Assembly: GCA_009602735.1 (NCBI GenBank)
Contig: WELA01000694.1
Span: 36,306 to 100,305 of the forward strand
From: Mesotaenium endlicherianum
Taxonomy: Eukaryota
Reading direction: 5' to 3'
DNA: 64,000 nucleotides
Shown in pieces: positions 25,301-37,764 of the stretch (position 1 is the first letter of the stretch; each line of letters starts with the position of its first letter). The notes below the pieces were generated by a model that was not told where the DNA came from, searched no databases, and worked only from the letters and a program-made list of their open reading frames with translations. The position numbers and the translations under genes were made by a program.

Positions 25301-25760
25301 ATGGGCGGGCGGCATGCAGCCGCAGCTGGACTACAGCACTCCTGCTGGCGGGAACCACCCCCACCCCCACTCCCACCCCGGCCAGGTCACCGTGCAGGTC
25401 AACCAGCAGGTCAACTTCCACCAGTACATGCTGCCACCAAACACCGCCCTGCAGGGCGGGGAGAATGTCGCCCCGGGTCCGGCAGCGGGCGGGCAGACCG
25501 GATCCACCACTCGCTGGTGGGACGTGGGTGGCAGCGGTGGCGGCGGCGGCGGGGGCGATGCGGCCGGCGGAGCGACAGCTGGCGGCGCGGGCTCGCTGGC
25601 GGCCCCGCTGGTGGTGAACGGCTGGCTGACAGGTGGCATGGCGCCGGACGCGGCCGGCCAGCTGGGGCAGGTGGCTGCCATGGCCGGTGGGCCCGGCCCG
25701 TACGGCGCCGCCACTTCAGACTCCATCTTCTGGGCTTCAGCGCCGGGGTTTGCCATCTAG
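20375..25760 (+). CDS. RPM1-interacting protein 13 (RIN13)-like Cys/His domain protein with a long low-complexity C-terminus (exons 20375-21205, 21957-22043, 22812-25760)
   Basis: DDDCCILDGDP...DIVVTGEKGP|VACRDYPHARHSCAQFPFATLPHQEHCPQ|CHCYVCDQVAPCFMW...HCHA matches the plant RIN13-like motif as I recall it; phase-0 GT-AG introns at 21206-21956 and 22044-22811; the start codon is less certain. Confidence 0.8.
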
Positions 25761-28700
25761 GAACGACGCAGCGGACTCAGGCTTCGGGTCCAGGTAGGGC
25801 TCAGGGCTCTGAGGTTGGTGCTCAGGAATTGGGGATGGGGGACCCAGGATTAGGGCGAGGCCAAGGGAGCTCTTCTGAATTTTGCGAGGCGCAGATGCGG
25901 CGTGGAGGGGGAGTGAGCCTTGGGGGGTCCCCTACACACACACCAGGGGCTGTGGAGCAGTGGCGGTTGGCGCTGCAGGGGGGCTTTCTTTGGAGAGGTT
26001 GTGCTCAGAGACGAGGACAGGTGGCGGCGGTGGACGTGCGCGTGCCGAATCGCACTCTGACATGTGCTGCACACGGAAGACTTTACTGGGATGGAGGAGG
26101 CGGGAGGAGACGCTTTCCGTCGCTCATGCACTTGGTGATCCGGACGGCGCTGGTCGGGGGGTGGGGAGAGGCAAAGGAGGGGGTTGAGGAGGCGGAGGAG
26201 GAGGAGGCAAACGTTGTGGGACCGGAGGGGTGGCAGCGGCGGAGGTACGGCAGGAGGTGGAGGAAGAGGCGGACGAGGATACCACTTCTTTAGAAAAACT
26301 GGTAAGCGTCTTGTGCAAGCTCTTGAACTTTGCGAGGCTTGCGCATGCGCGCGTGCGCATGGGTGCGAGGCTTGGTCGCTTTTCGGTCGTGCCGCACTCT
26401 TCAGCGTGCGCGCCGAGCGAGCAAGGCTAGGCTGGCACGCTCGCTCGCTCGCTGCCTCCATCTGTCCTTGCATCTTCTGCGCTCAGGACTGTGCCCAGTG
26501 TGGCTGCCTGTGGGATGCTATTCACAGCCGGCTGGTGTGGAGGTTTGATGTGAGCTACTCAGCAATGTGTGTGCATAGTGGGCTAGCTGTGACGTCAAGC
26601 TGGGTGGTTGTTCATTGCAACTCGTGTCACAACAGGATGTCCTTTTTGCATCAGCCCCCTGAGCTTCCATCGGCTGTGTTGTTCCCCCCTCCTCCGCTTC
26701 TTCCTGGCATGGGAGCATCACTGTAGCTCCCAGCTCCAGCTGCATTGTCCCTTTGCCTTTTAAGGGGGTTGAGCCGGGACACATGAGCGCATGTGCGCGC
26801 GCGCGCATATGTGTGTGTGTGTATTATCGGCGCTCGGTCGCAGCACCAACAGCAGGAAACGAAGCCATGATCGGTCGTGGATATCGCCTTGTATGTGACC
26901 AGCGGTGTGGGGCTGCTTTCTACCAGGCAGTCCCCAACCTTATTTTACAACTGCAAATGGGGCGTGCTTGTGTTTGCATCGCAGAGGAGGGCGGCACAGG
27001 TGTTGCGAGGCCTAGTGTCTGGCTGTGGGCTCTTCTCCCCTCTGTCTAGCACACTGGGCACTCACCTGCAATGACTGTGGAACTGAGTTGCTCTTCCCCC
27101 TGCGCAGGGCGGAGGAGCCTCGAGAGGGACCAAGATGGGGAGCGTGTGGAGTGGGAGCAGGGGAAGTAACTGGGTCCGTAACGTGTGACACTTGCAGTCG
27201 TAGGATGCGGTGGGATGGGAGCTTGAGCAGACCCGCTAGAGAGGGGCAGCTGCGCGGGGGCCATGGCTGTCCATAGAAGTGTACGTCCTTTTCTCGCTTT
27301 AATTGCGAGTGGAAAAACTTTCCCCACCAAGCATTGAGCACAAGGCCTGGCGGGAAGACATCTTCCCAGCCGATTTAAGCCCATCTGTGCGTTCGCGAAG
27401 CAGGCAGTAGCAGCTGTTGAGTACTGCGTCAAGTGCGGTGTCAAGTCCTGGGTCAACTGCGAGTTTTAAATTTGACGCGCCGGCCTGCAACGTGTCGTCG
27501 TGTATACAAACCCGATCCTTTGAAGTTAGCATCTGATGCCTCTCCCGGAGCTGGCAAGCTGTTTGTAGACCTCTGCAGAGAACCATATGCGCTTGTTAAG
27601 CCACTGGTGCATGTCTTGTCAACGTGTATGCGGTGTGTATGTGGATGAGACCCATTCTGCCTAGCCAGATATGGCCTTCCCTTGCGCAGCATCCGTGTGT
27701 GCCCATGCCAGTTGAATACCGAAGCTATGGTCGCCTTTTCGCCCCCTATCCTCCGGCAATATCATCAGCGTCCAATGGTTGGCCACATGGTGTCTATATA
27801 TTCTTCACCGCCACACCCCTGTTGATATTTCTTTTCCTGGCGCTTTATTTCGCAATGAGCACACGTTGAAGTGTTCTTCCAATACCATTTCTCGCACGAT
27901 TAGGTGTAATTTGCACCTCCGATTCTGGTTAATAAATGGAATGAGAATCGCAAGATGCGTACTGCCAAGTGGCTTTCCTGCAGTATGGTCCTCTGTTATG
28001 ATCGATAATTTCAAGTTTGGCCAATCTATCTACTGGCCCATTCAATCAGAACGGTATGCTCTAAGGCTGGAGTTGCCAGCATGCAGCCATCCATTGCTCA
28101 TTCATACCTTATATCTGTCTACTTTGATGGTGGGCGTGGAGGCTGATTTATGGCGCAGAATCCAAATTGCTGCCGTGAAAATGTATTTCCTACATGTGAA
28201 AATACTCCCCACATGCTGAACAAAAACATTGACGGTGTCACCAGTGAAGAATGCCAACATACATTTTGCAACTATTAAATGGCCTCGGGACAGGTGACCT
28301 GAGATTCAAATTGCAGAATTATTAACGGAGGTAAGTTGTGCCTGTGTAGGCCATCCATCTCTGGGGCTGGTAAATAAGTTCGACATTACTGATATGGTAT
28401 GTTTCTTACACCATTGACGACACATTATGTGGAGCAGGGGGGGCATATCCCTCGCGGCTGGTGTGTTTGTGCAACTTGGGAAGTGTAACAACGCATAAGT
28501 CCAGAATGTCAGCGTCTGTACAGCTCAAGCTCAAGATCATGAGCAGTTTTGAAGCAATGCCGCCTCACAAGTGTCAGTACGTGGGCAGGTGATGGTGGGG
28601 GGCTGGAGGCCAGCACTGCATTTTTATTTTTTTGAACTTATGGTACAAGTTGGGGAGCCACCCCGGTTGCTTTCTAGCGACGACGCGCAGCTAGGATCAG

Positions 28701-29258
28701 CGTTGTGCATATGGAGTGGCTTTGTTCTTTTCTTCTTCTGCGTGCACGTTAGCCGTGCGTACCTTGTGAGAACCTGCAAATTACAGCAGCTAGTCACCCT
28801 GATGTCTACTAAGAATAAGAAATTCTAAGAATTTTAGAATCTGAATCTGAATATCTGCAACTACCACCTGTAGCAGCTACTGCTGCTGCTGCTGCTACTG
28901 CCGCTGCTCTTGCTGCTTGTCAGCCACTGCCAGGTACTTTCACCTGGATAGATGTACACGAGAAATGTACACGGTTATTTACCTCTCTGGACCTGAACCA
29001 GAATCAAATCCAAAACCAAAAACAACCTTCAATTTACCTTCGGTTGCATTCGTTTGCAACAACCTATTCTAAAAAAGGCCTGTAACCAGAAGCTTGCTGG
29101 CATCTCATAACTCCAGGCCAGCCGGCAAGCGATAAGCAGCGCATATCGTAATGCAGGTGCCAGGGGGCAGCCTCAGGAACACGCTGCCAGGTGCCAGGCG
29201 GCAGCCTCATGGACGCTCTGCCCCCAGAGGTTACCAAGGAAGCACTTGCGGACGGCTG

Positions 29259-32200
29259 CTAGCTTAGTATCATTGTAGCTCCTACCTCCGCTCGCGGTGA
29301 GCAGAGGGCGTGGGGCAAGTAGAGGTTGAACTGGGGCATCGCCAGGGGGGGATGCTGTGATTGTCGTGAGAGCACGGCGGCAACTGCCTGCAGCTTCGAG
29401 GCGTCCAGGGGGGGGGCAGGCAGCGCCATGTGGTCAATCTCTGCAACCACCCCAGGGCCGCCTCTGATGCGCTGCGATCGCGAGATCTCCGCAAAGGGCT
29501 TCCTCTGCGCGCTCCTTGCGCTCTCTGAAAGCGTCCCAAGCTGCCTCCTGGCAACGATCGAGCGCGCGTAGGCCTCGGCAGCCTGGCTCGCGAATCTGAG
29601 CTGACGATACCTGGACGCCTCCTCCTCTGCCGCCACCACCGCAACCGCCGCTGCTTTGGCTGCGGTTGACAAGAAGTCTGCGGGGAGGGCTGCAGCAGGG
29701 GCGCTCCGCAGCTGCTGGCAGAGAGCAGCAGGGGTGTCCAAGCAGGCCAAGTGGAGAGCTGGCAGCGCGCGCAGCTCCTCCCTGTGAGTCTCGGCTGACT
29801 GCTGCTCCCTGGCGGGCTTCCCGGGAGAGTGGACCACGATCCACTTGCCCTCGCCGCCCAGGTTGAAGCAGCTGGCCGCCGCCAGCTCGTCGGTGCACTG
29901 GCTCGTCATGCTCATCTGGTGCAGAGTGGACACGTGGCAGCGTGCATGATCGTCACCGCGTGGCGTCGCGTCGTCCCGGAGCGGCGGCGGGCTCTCGTCG
30001 TCGTCGCTCTTAACACTTGGCACGTCCACCTTCAGCCGCTTGGCTCTCTCCGCCCACGTTGCGCCCGCGCCTGCGTGCCCAGAGGGCAGCTGCAGCTCAG
30101 CTGATGGAGGAGGAGGAGGAGGAGTTGACGCGGCTGCAGCTGCTGCGGCGAGCTTTCTCTTCAGGTCAGATGCGACAGACGAGGCCGGGGCCGCCGACGC
30201 CAGCTCCTCCCTGCCCCAGCCTCCGCGCGTCTCCAATTCTGCCACCTGCCCTCTCCTCGTGGCACAGCGCTGCTCGGCGGGGCCGCTCAACGGCTGCACT
30301 GCACAGCTGAGGTCGCTGCTGAGCATGCTGTATGTGCGCGTGATCACGTTCCGCCCCGCAGGTGTGAACGGGGTGGGCGTCCCGGCCGCGGCCGCCGGCG
30401 ACGGCAGCGGCGCCGCTGCAACATTAATGGCGGCGGCAGCACCAGCAGCGCCGAGCCTTGCGTCGTTGCCGTCGCTCGAAGACAAGGAGAAAGGGAGATG
30501 GCTGCGTGCCGAGGGGGGCGCGCTCGCGAGGGGGGGAGAAGACGAGGGCAGGGAGGAAGCCGCCGTGGGCGGGGAGGCCAGCCAGGCGGAGCAGGAGGAG
30601 GAGGCGGCAGAGGAGGAGCAGGAGGCCATGAAGGGGTGCTCGAGGAGCTGCTGCGCGGTCCACCTCTGGGCGGCGTCGCGCTGCAGGCACTGCGCCACGA
30701 AGTCGCGCGCGACCGCCGAAAGCCGCGCGGGCGCCTGGGGCACCTCGGAGGTGCAGCCGATGCAGTAGAGCGCGGCGAACGCGCCCTTCACGTGCGGCCA
30801 CGGCCGCCGCCCCGTGGCCATCTCCACCACAGTGCAGCCCAGCGACCAGATGTCGACGGCAGGGCCCTGCTGGAGCTCCTGCCGCGCCGTCTCCGGGCTC
30901 ATCCAGTACGGCGTCCCCCGCATGGCCCGCTTCGTCGGCGCCGGCACGGGCAGAACCGCCCCAGCCTGAGCGCCGTTGATCTCGTTTGCCACCTGGCAGA
31001 GCTCGTCGTCCACGCTGGCAGCGGAGGCGGCTGCTACTGCGGCGGCGGGCACCCCCGAGGAGGCAGAGGCGGGCAGGGGGGCGGAGGGGGANNNNNNNNN
31101 NNNNNNNNNNNNNNNNNNNNNNNNNNNNNNNNNNNNNNNNNNNNNNNNNNNNNNNNNNNNNNNNNNNNNNNNNNNNNNNNNNNNNNNNNNNNNNNNNNNN
31201 NNNNNNNNNNNNNNNNNNNNNNNNNNNNNNNNNNNNNNNNNNNNNNNNNNNNNNNNNNNNNNNNNNNNNNNNNNNNNNNNNNNNNNNNNNNNNNNNNNNN
31301 NNNNNNNNNNNNNNNNNNNNNNNNNNNNNNNNNNNNNNNNNNNNNNNNNNNNNNNNNNNNNNNNNNNNNNNNNNNNNNNNNNNNNNNNNNNNNNNNNNNN
31401 NNNNNNNNNNNNNNNNNNNNNNNNNNNNNNNNNNNNNNNNNNNNNNNNNNNNNNNNNNNNNNNNNNNNNNNNNNNNNNNNNNNNNNNNNNNNNNNNNNNN
31501 NNNNNNNNNNNNNNNNNNNNNNNNNNNNNNNNNNNNNNNNNNNNNNNNNNNNNNNNNNNNNNNNNNNNNGCGAGGGGGAGGGGGAGGGGGAGGGGGGGGC
31601 TCCGGCGGCCCAGGCGCTGCCGAAGTCGGCGATGCGGGCCTCGCCGAGCGCGCCCAGGAGGACGTTCTGGCCCTTGATGTCGCCGTGCACCGTGCCCTGC
31701 GCGTGCAGGCGCAGCAGCCCCCGCAGGATGTCGCGCGTGTAGCGCTGGATCAGCGGCTCCTCCAGCCCGCCGTTGAGCATCTGCACGTCGCGTCGTAGAG
31801 GAGAGGCAGAGGCACAGATAAGATGGCTCGGTCAGTGCGCGTGCGCGTGCGTGTGCATGTGCGTGCTCGTGCAGGCCGACTTTGTGGGGAAAATTTAGAG
31901 GAGAGGCAAGGAGAGGAAGCAGTGCCTTCCTCAGAGAAAATGAGGGCGAAGAGTAACGGGGCCTCACGTGAAGGACGTCGGTGATGCTGCCACCTGTCAT
32001 GAGCTCCATGTGCAGGTTCCGGACCTCCACCCCATCCTCTATCGTCCAGTCGTCTCCGAGGTACTTCACAATCTGCAAGTAGGAGGGAATGCAAGGCCAT
32101 TGACCGTCAGCTTCAGATGAAGGGTGCAACTTGAGTAGGGCGCTAGCGGGGCTCTCAGCCGAATGCAGCATGCAGGGCAGGTTCCTGGAAGAAACTCGCT

Positions 32201-32866
32201 CTATGATTTGTAGGCCCCATGCATGAAGGTGGAAGCCTGACAATTCGTGACAAAGGACGACAGATGATAGAGCTCACAGGCTCCAGCCCTCTGACGGAGG
32301 AAGAATTATAAATCCCCAGGTCCTAACGTCTCTTCCCCTTCCTGAAGTTACGTAATGAAAGGGCTGATGTGCACAAGTTCTTGCCCCGAAATGACCTGCT
32401 TCTTTTCTTCAACACTTCAATTTGCTCATTACGGCCTATCATCATGGATGTACTATACGAAAATGTGGAGCACCCATTAGAAGAGCACACCACTTCTGCC
32501 ACGAATTATAATGCATTCCATGTGGCGTTGTTCACCTCAATCCAGTAGAAAACACATTCAGACAGGGGCGTCATATTGCGATTGAAGGACCGCAGCACAT
32601 GCATAGAATAGATGAACAGCCTCAATTTGTACCTGGGGGCAATCTCTTAATTGAGAAAGAATGCAAGCTTCATTTTCCAGCGCTTCCAACTCCGCAGCCA
32701 TTTTCCGAGGGCTGACGCCGCCTTTTCCAACCGACTTCACGGCAAAGATGTGTCCTGTTGTGCGATGAAATGCCATATGCACAGAGCCAAAAGACCCAGA
32801 ACCTAATAAGCGGCCCCTGACCCACGCCTGTTCTTCTTGTTGCCTTTCTGTAGTTGACGCTTCCAT
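29259..32866 (-). CDS. MAP kinase kinase kinase (MEKK/NPK1-like, resembling the MAPKKK15-21 group); exons 32866-32633, 32072-31968, 31780-29259 (the last spans an N gap and may hide an intron)
   Basis: WVRGRLLGSGSFGSV, FAVKSV, LENEACILSQL, IVKYLG, HGDIKGQNVLL, IADFG, MRGTPYWMSPE, DIWSLGCTVVEMATGRRPW, RDFVAQCLQRD...QLLEHPF; GT-AG introns. Confidence 0.9.
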
Positions 32867-33840
32867 CTGGATTCACTTAAAGCTACGAAAAACCGACTGG
32901 TCGTAAATTTTCTACCGTCTATATCTGAACGTTGATAATGCAAGAGTAGAGGCTTACACATGGGCACTTTTGTCCCTTTCCTTGCTAAGACTTCTTCCAA
33001 GCAATATTGGTCCTTTTACTAGCGAAAGCTGGTGTACATCAATGTGTCTGAAGTCTGCTCAGCTGCTCTAACATAAATTGGCAGCACTTATCACATTAAC
33101 TAGCTATTACCAGTCTTAGTCTCCTCGACTCTTCTTCTACCCGGCATTCAGACCGACAGTGAAGCAACTCGTGTTCAGCGCGTTCGATATAGAAAAGTTT
33201 GTCTTACGTGTCGAGGGCTGACATCTTCAAGGCTCAAATCAGTCAGAGTGAATTTGCGCCAAGACTCTTGCTGCACAAAGATTCGGGTACTGCAGATGTG
33301 GCAGCTCTTTGAGCCATGGAAACTGTCGCGGATTTACCTCCTACGTCAACCACGCCACCTCGGACCCGCCCCCGTTTCATTTTGCGTTTACAATGCTGCC
33401 AACGAGGACTTGGAAAATAGGGTCCTGACAGAACTTGTGGCTTTTGAATCATGGATCTTTAACTCCCAGGACAAGAACTCTTGACATTAGTGCACAGTAG
33501 GAAAATCTGGAAAGCCCACATGCAGAATCCAGACAAGCTACTCTAGGTGACTCTAGGCAACTCCAGCATCGCTGAAACCTGTAACCGTTACTCTCTAGAC
33601 CACTCTGTACGGTAAAAGCCACAACAAACCGAAAATGGACAGTTCAAAGGCACGCGAGGAGCATCTTTTTATCAATTTACCAATAGGCACACATTTACAA
33701 GGTACAGTGAGCATGCAAACGCTCAAAACGGCTTTCGATGTCACCGGTGGTGTCAGATGCTTGGCACCAAGTCTTGACCGTCGACGCCAGAGCCTTGCGT
33801 GAAGTTCAACTGCCAGGCTGCCACTGCCAGCAGATGAATG

Positions 33841-33890
33841 CCGAGTCCCGACTCCCGACTCTCCCGACTCCCGACTCCCGACTCCCGACT
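33841..33890. repeat. Short 7-bp tandem repeat (CCCGACT)n about 1 kb upstream of the MAPKKK start
   Basis: ccgagtcccgactcccgactctcccgactcccgactcccgactcccgact. Confidence 0.85.
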
Positions 33891-34536
33891 GTTGAGTGGT
33901 AATAAAGCCAACGACGTTGGATCACCGAGGTTTTCGTCACTTGACCTAAAGGCGAAGATCCTGTGTGTCATAATCAACTGCCATAAACTTGCGCAGTGGG
34001 GACGATGGCACATGCTGGTCCAAGCGAGTCCAAGCAGGTCCGAGGCTTGAGCTCACTCGCTAACCGCCAATACTCCCGAGTTCTACCCATGGTTCTGCAT
34101 GGTTCTACTAAAATGCTTGGCGCTGCTTGGCGCACACTACGATGAAAGTATCCCTTGTGTTCCGAGGGCATTGAAAGACAATATTTGTCGGCTGGTTCTA
34201 ACTTTTGGCCACAGCCTCAGACAAAGCCAGCAACTTGCAGTGACGTGAAAGTGACAAAAGTGTCACAACTTGGACCTGGCACCCGCCAGCTCACTGAGAT
34301 TTGCTCGGTCCGACCGGGTCGATTGAAGCTCAGGAGCGTGTAACGACTCACAGTTACTTTTCCATTACATTAAGAGGCCCATAAATTGTCAAACCTCAGT
34401 GCTGAATCTAGCAGATCTTTGAGATTAGAAGGCTCCTGAGTCCACACTCCAGTATCATGCATCGGTTTGTGGTCAGCGTGCGATCAGAGCAGACCAGAGC
34501 AGACCCCCTGGATTCAAAACTTTTGTAATTTGTCAT

Positions 34537-34980
34537 TTTGGATGTTATAAAAGTCGATCAAAATGAAAAGGATGTCAAATAACATCCAATTTAATGAAAG
34601 CAGATGTCACATAAAACCCGGAAATTCTTGATTTGGATGCCAAGAAAATCCAGTCATGAAATTTTGGGTGACTTTTTTAACCAATAGGGTACGGGGCTCC
34701 AGGGGCTAGGCCCTAGGAGCCACGGCCTACAACTTGTCATTGCATCGTCACAGTGAGGCTCCATCTGACGCCTGGGTGTTATTTGTGATTTTGGATGTTA
34801 AAAAACCCGATCAAATCAAAAAGGATGTCAAATAAAATCCACTTTGTTGAAAGCGAACGTCACATCAAACCCCGAAACTATTGATTTGGGTGCTAAGGAT
34901 ATCCTGTCATTAAATTTTGGATGTTTTTTCACCAATAGGGTACGGCACCAAGGGCTAGGGGCCAGAGCCTACAACTTATC
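34537..34980. repeat. Diverged tandem duplication, two copies of about 200 bp with a period near 253 bp
   Basis: Both copies (about 34537-34738 and 34790-34980) run tttggatgtta...aaaaggatgtcaaataa...ttgatttgg...aaattttgg...ccaatagggtacgg...gggctagg...gcctacaactt. Confidence 0.8.
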
Positions 34981-35282
34981 CAGGCAATCATCGCTAGTGG
35001 TCACTGGTGAGTAACCAGTCATAGCTCATGGATCACCGACGATGAACATTGAAGGAAGCCGAGGCCCCTCGCATAGCAAAGTTCGAATGCCGTACAGTGG
35101 CATCCCTGTATATTGTCACTTTTGTCGACTATAGTAGGTAGTAGGTACATGTTACAACCTGCTAACTGCTGCAAACCCCTACTTCAATCTTTGAAGGAAT
35201 TATGTATTTTCTAGTAGACTGAAACTGAGACTTGAACTGAGCCTGAAACTAAAATTGAGATTGAAACTACAAAGAGGAGAAA

Positions 35283-36600
35283 TGTCGCGACTTCCAACCT
35301 CTGAACGGTGCCACACGCCCAACACAAGTCACGACCGACCAAGTACGGAAAGTCAGCGTTGACTCACCGACCAAAGGACTGAATTATCTCAGTCAACGGT
35401 TATGTCAAAGTCGTTATCATTGCCAAAGTGGTCACGACCTGTCAAACCCCACACCCAAGGATGGATGGGGATTTGGACGAAGTAGTCAGCCGAAAGGCTA
35501 GGGGCCTGTAAACACAATTTGCAATAAATTTATGCTGGTGTGTGTTTATTTTCTTTGACTAACACAAAGTTAGTACAATTCAACAATTATATTATACCGT
35601 GGAAAACGAAAAACTTTGCTTCATTTCAACACCTCCAATTTTAATTTTTGTTGTTGTTTGTGATATGATGTAGGAAAAAAATTATTGAACCAGTAATGAG
35701 CCAGCCCAACAAGTGCCAAGAAAGGTGCTGATTAATTGGCTATCTAAGCCAAGTACAGCAGGGATGTTGCAGAGGCGTTGTGTGCCACCTTGGCCAAGAC
35801 CCTCAAGTGACTAAGCACGGCTTGAGCGTTCATCTCAAACGCTGCCAGCCGCCAGCCACCTAGGCATGATTGCCAACTGAAAGGCTAAGCAGTCACGCGC
35901 AACAGTCACAAGGCATGTATGCATGTTGAGTGACAACTTCGAAGCTGTTTGAAGGCTGCTAGGTAAGGACGGCATGCAAGCTAAGCGCTGTGACTAAGCA
36001 CTGGCATTCTCGAGAGAGGATAATGTGTGGTGCCTACGAAAGGCACAAGTCCCGTCTGAAGCTGCCTCATTCTGGCTCGTATCGCGTTGTCAAGAAAGCG
36101 GAAGACACAGGTACAAAAGGAAAGGAGAAGACGGAGCGCGAAAAAGAAGGAGTTCCCAAGCCCACAGAAGAGCCGAGACGCCACGCTTCTGCCGACGCTA
36201 GAAGATTTCTTCTCAAGTGTATCATAGAAAGGTTAGACCTCAAGATTTCCCAAGAGGGGATCTCGCTGGTAGAAGGTAGAGAGCTGCAGGATAGAATCTG
36301 TTAGGAGATTAGCACAGATTCGGGTCAAACACCACAAGCGTGCGAAAGCCGCTTAAAATGGTGAGTGCTGTGTTAGTTTCCAAGTTCTCAGAAGTCTCAA
36401 TTGCCGAATTGCTAAAAGCATGAGTAGTATTAACAAGTAAAGCTCTCAGTGAAGAACTGAGTGAGCCCAGCCAAGCAGTGAAGAACTGTTTAGGCGCGGT
36501 GTTGAGTAAAGAGCTCAGACCAGGCCAGCATAGATGTGCAATTCCAGAGTTTTGTAAGCTGTAACTTGTGAAAGTTAAGCGAAAGTTTTGAGGGACGATC
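35283..36600 (+). repeat. Terminal repeat A1 of element A (contains a 178-bp AT-rich insert at 35509-35686)
   Basis: Colinear and highly similar to 53488-54156 plus 55473-55954. Confidence 0.9.
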
Positions 36601-37764
36601 TTCTCTGGATCTGGCATGGCCTGTTAAGCTGCTTAGACGTGATTTTTGCAAACTACAAACTTGTTCATTCTGTAAACCCTCAACTTGGGCAAAAGCCTGT
36701 GTGGAAGTAAGACGCTTCTGTCCTTGTAAGGGAAACTGAAGATAAGCTAGCTTTTCGAAAATTTCTGCAAAGTGTTGAACGAACCAGTGGAAACGGTCTC
36801 ACTATCGAGTAGTTCGATGAGATCTATTGGGCAGAATTCTTTGAGAAGATTCGGAAGGATTCTCCTTATACGCAATGTGTCGCATTTATAAGCTTGGTTG
36901 AGTACTTGGATAAGGATGCCCTGTTGCTATATTGCCAATTTCGGAAGGATGAGGATCTCACCCAAAAATGGGCATTTGGAGAGCAAAGAAGGGCTAGGGA
37001 TTTGAAAATCCAGAAAGAGACTGCGAAAGCCTGAATATCTGCTTTGTCTTCACGAAGAGTATTGCCAACTGCACCTGTTGATAGCATAGACTTAGCTGCA
37101 CTAACACAAGAATTAACAGAGACCATGAGGCAACTCACTGAGGGCCAGCAACGGGCTGCTACTCGGAATGATGATGTCGGCTCTGTTGCAAAGTTGCGTA
37201 AGGTGTGTGCAGAATTGTCTGAAAAGATTGCTAATGCTCAGGAACGAGTAATGCGCAGAGCTGCACCTTTTAATGGTCAGCAAGGCGATAGCGCCACGAC
37301 AGAGGCAAGCCATGCGCAAGCCCTGGCTAGCTGTCGTAAGGATATGGAGGCTGGGGATGAACAGCTAGACTCCGAGCATTGCCTGCGTCGTTTCTTTAAG
37401 TTGCTTGAAGCACGAATCCCAGAGGATCGCAGTCTTAAGGTGCACCGTTATGTACATTTTGTCCGTCAGAAGAACGAGACAGTCATGGAGGTTAAATCCA
37501 GATTGGTAAACCTCGCCAAAAAGGCAAAAATCTACGAGCCCAGAATAGTGGCTGACAAATTTCTGTTATGCTTGGGCAAAGAAATAGATCGTGAAGTCAG
37601 GCCACACCTGTCCTCGAAGCACGGGATAGACTGGGACATTGACGAGGCGACTGAAATAGCACGCAATGTCAAAGAAGGTAAAGTGTGGTATAAGGAGGCT
37701 TCCAGGACGCTTATGGCTCCTGAGAGGAGGGAGGAATCCTCTCCCCCTAAGGCCAACAGCTCTA

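Noticed and set aside
27341..27367. Peptide KAWREDIF echoing KAWRDDIF in RIN13-like exon 1
   Set aside because: Only eight residues in a short ORF with no flanking similarity; chance is plausible.
25761..27480. Splice-like sites and Cys-containing short ORFs downstream of the RIN13-like stop
   Set aside because: No coherent protein could be assembled; may be 3' UTR introns.
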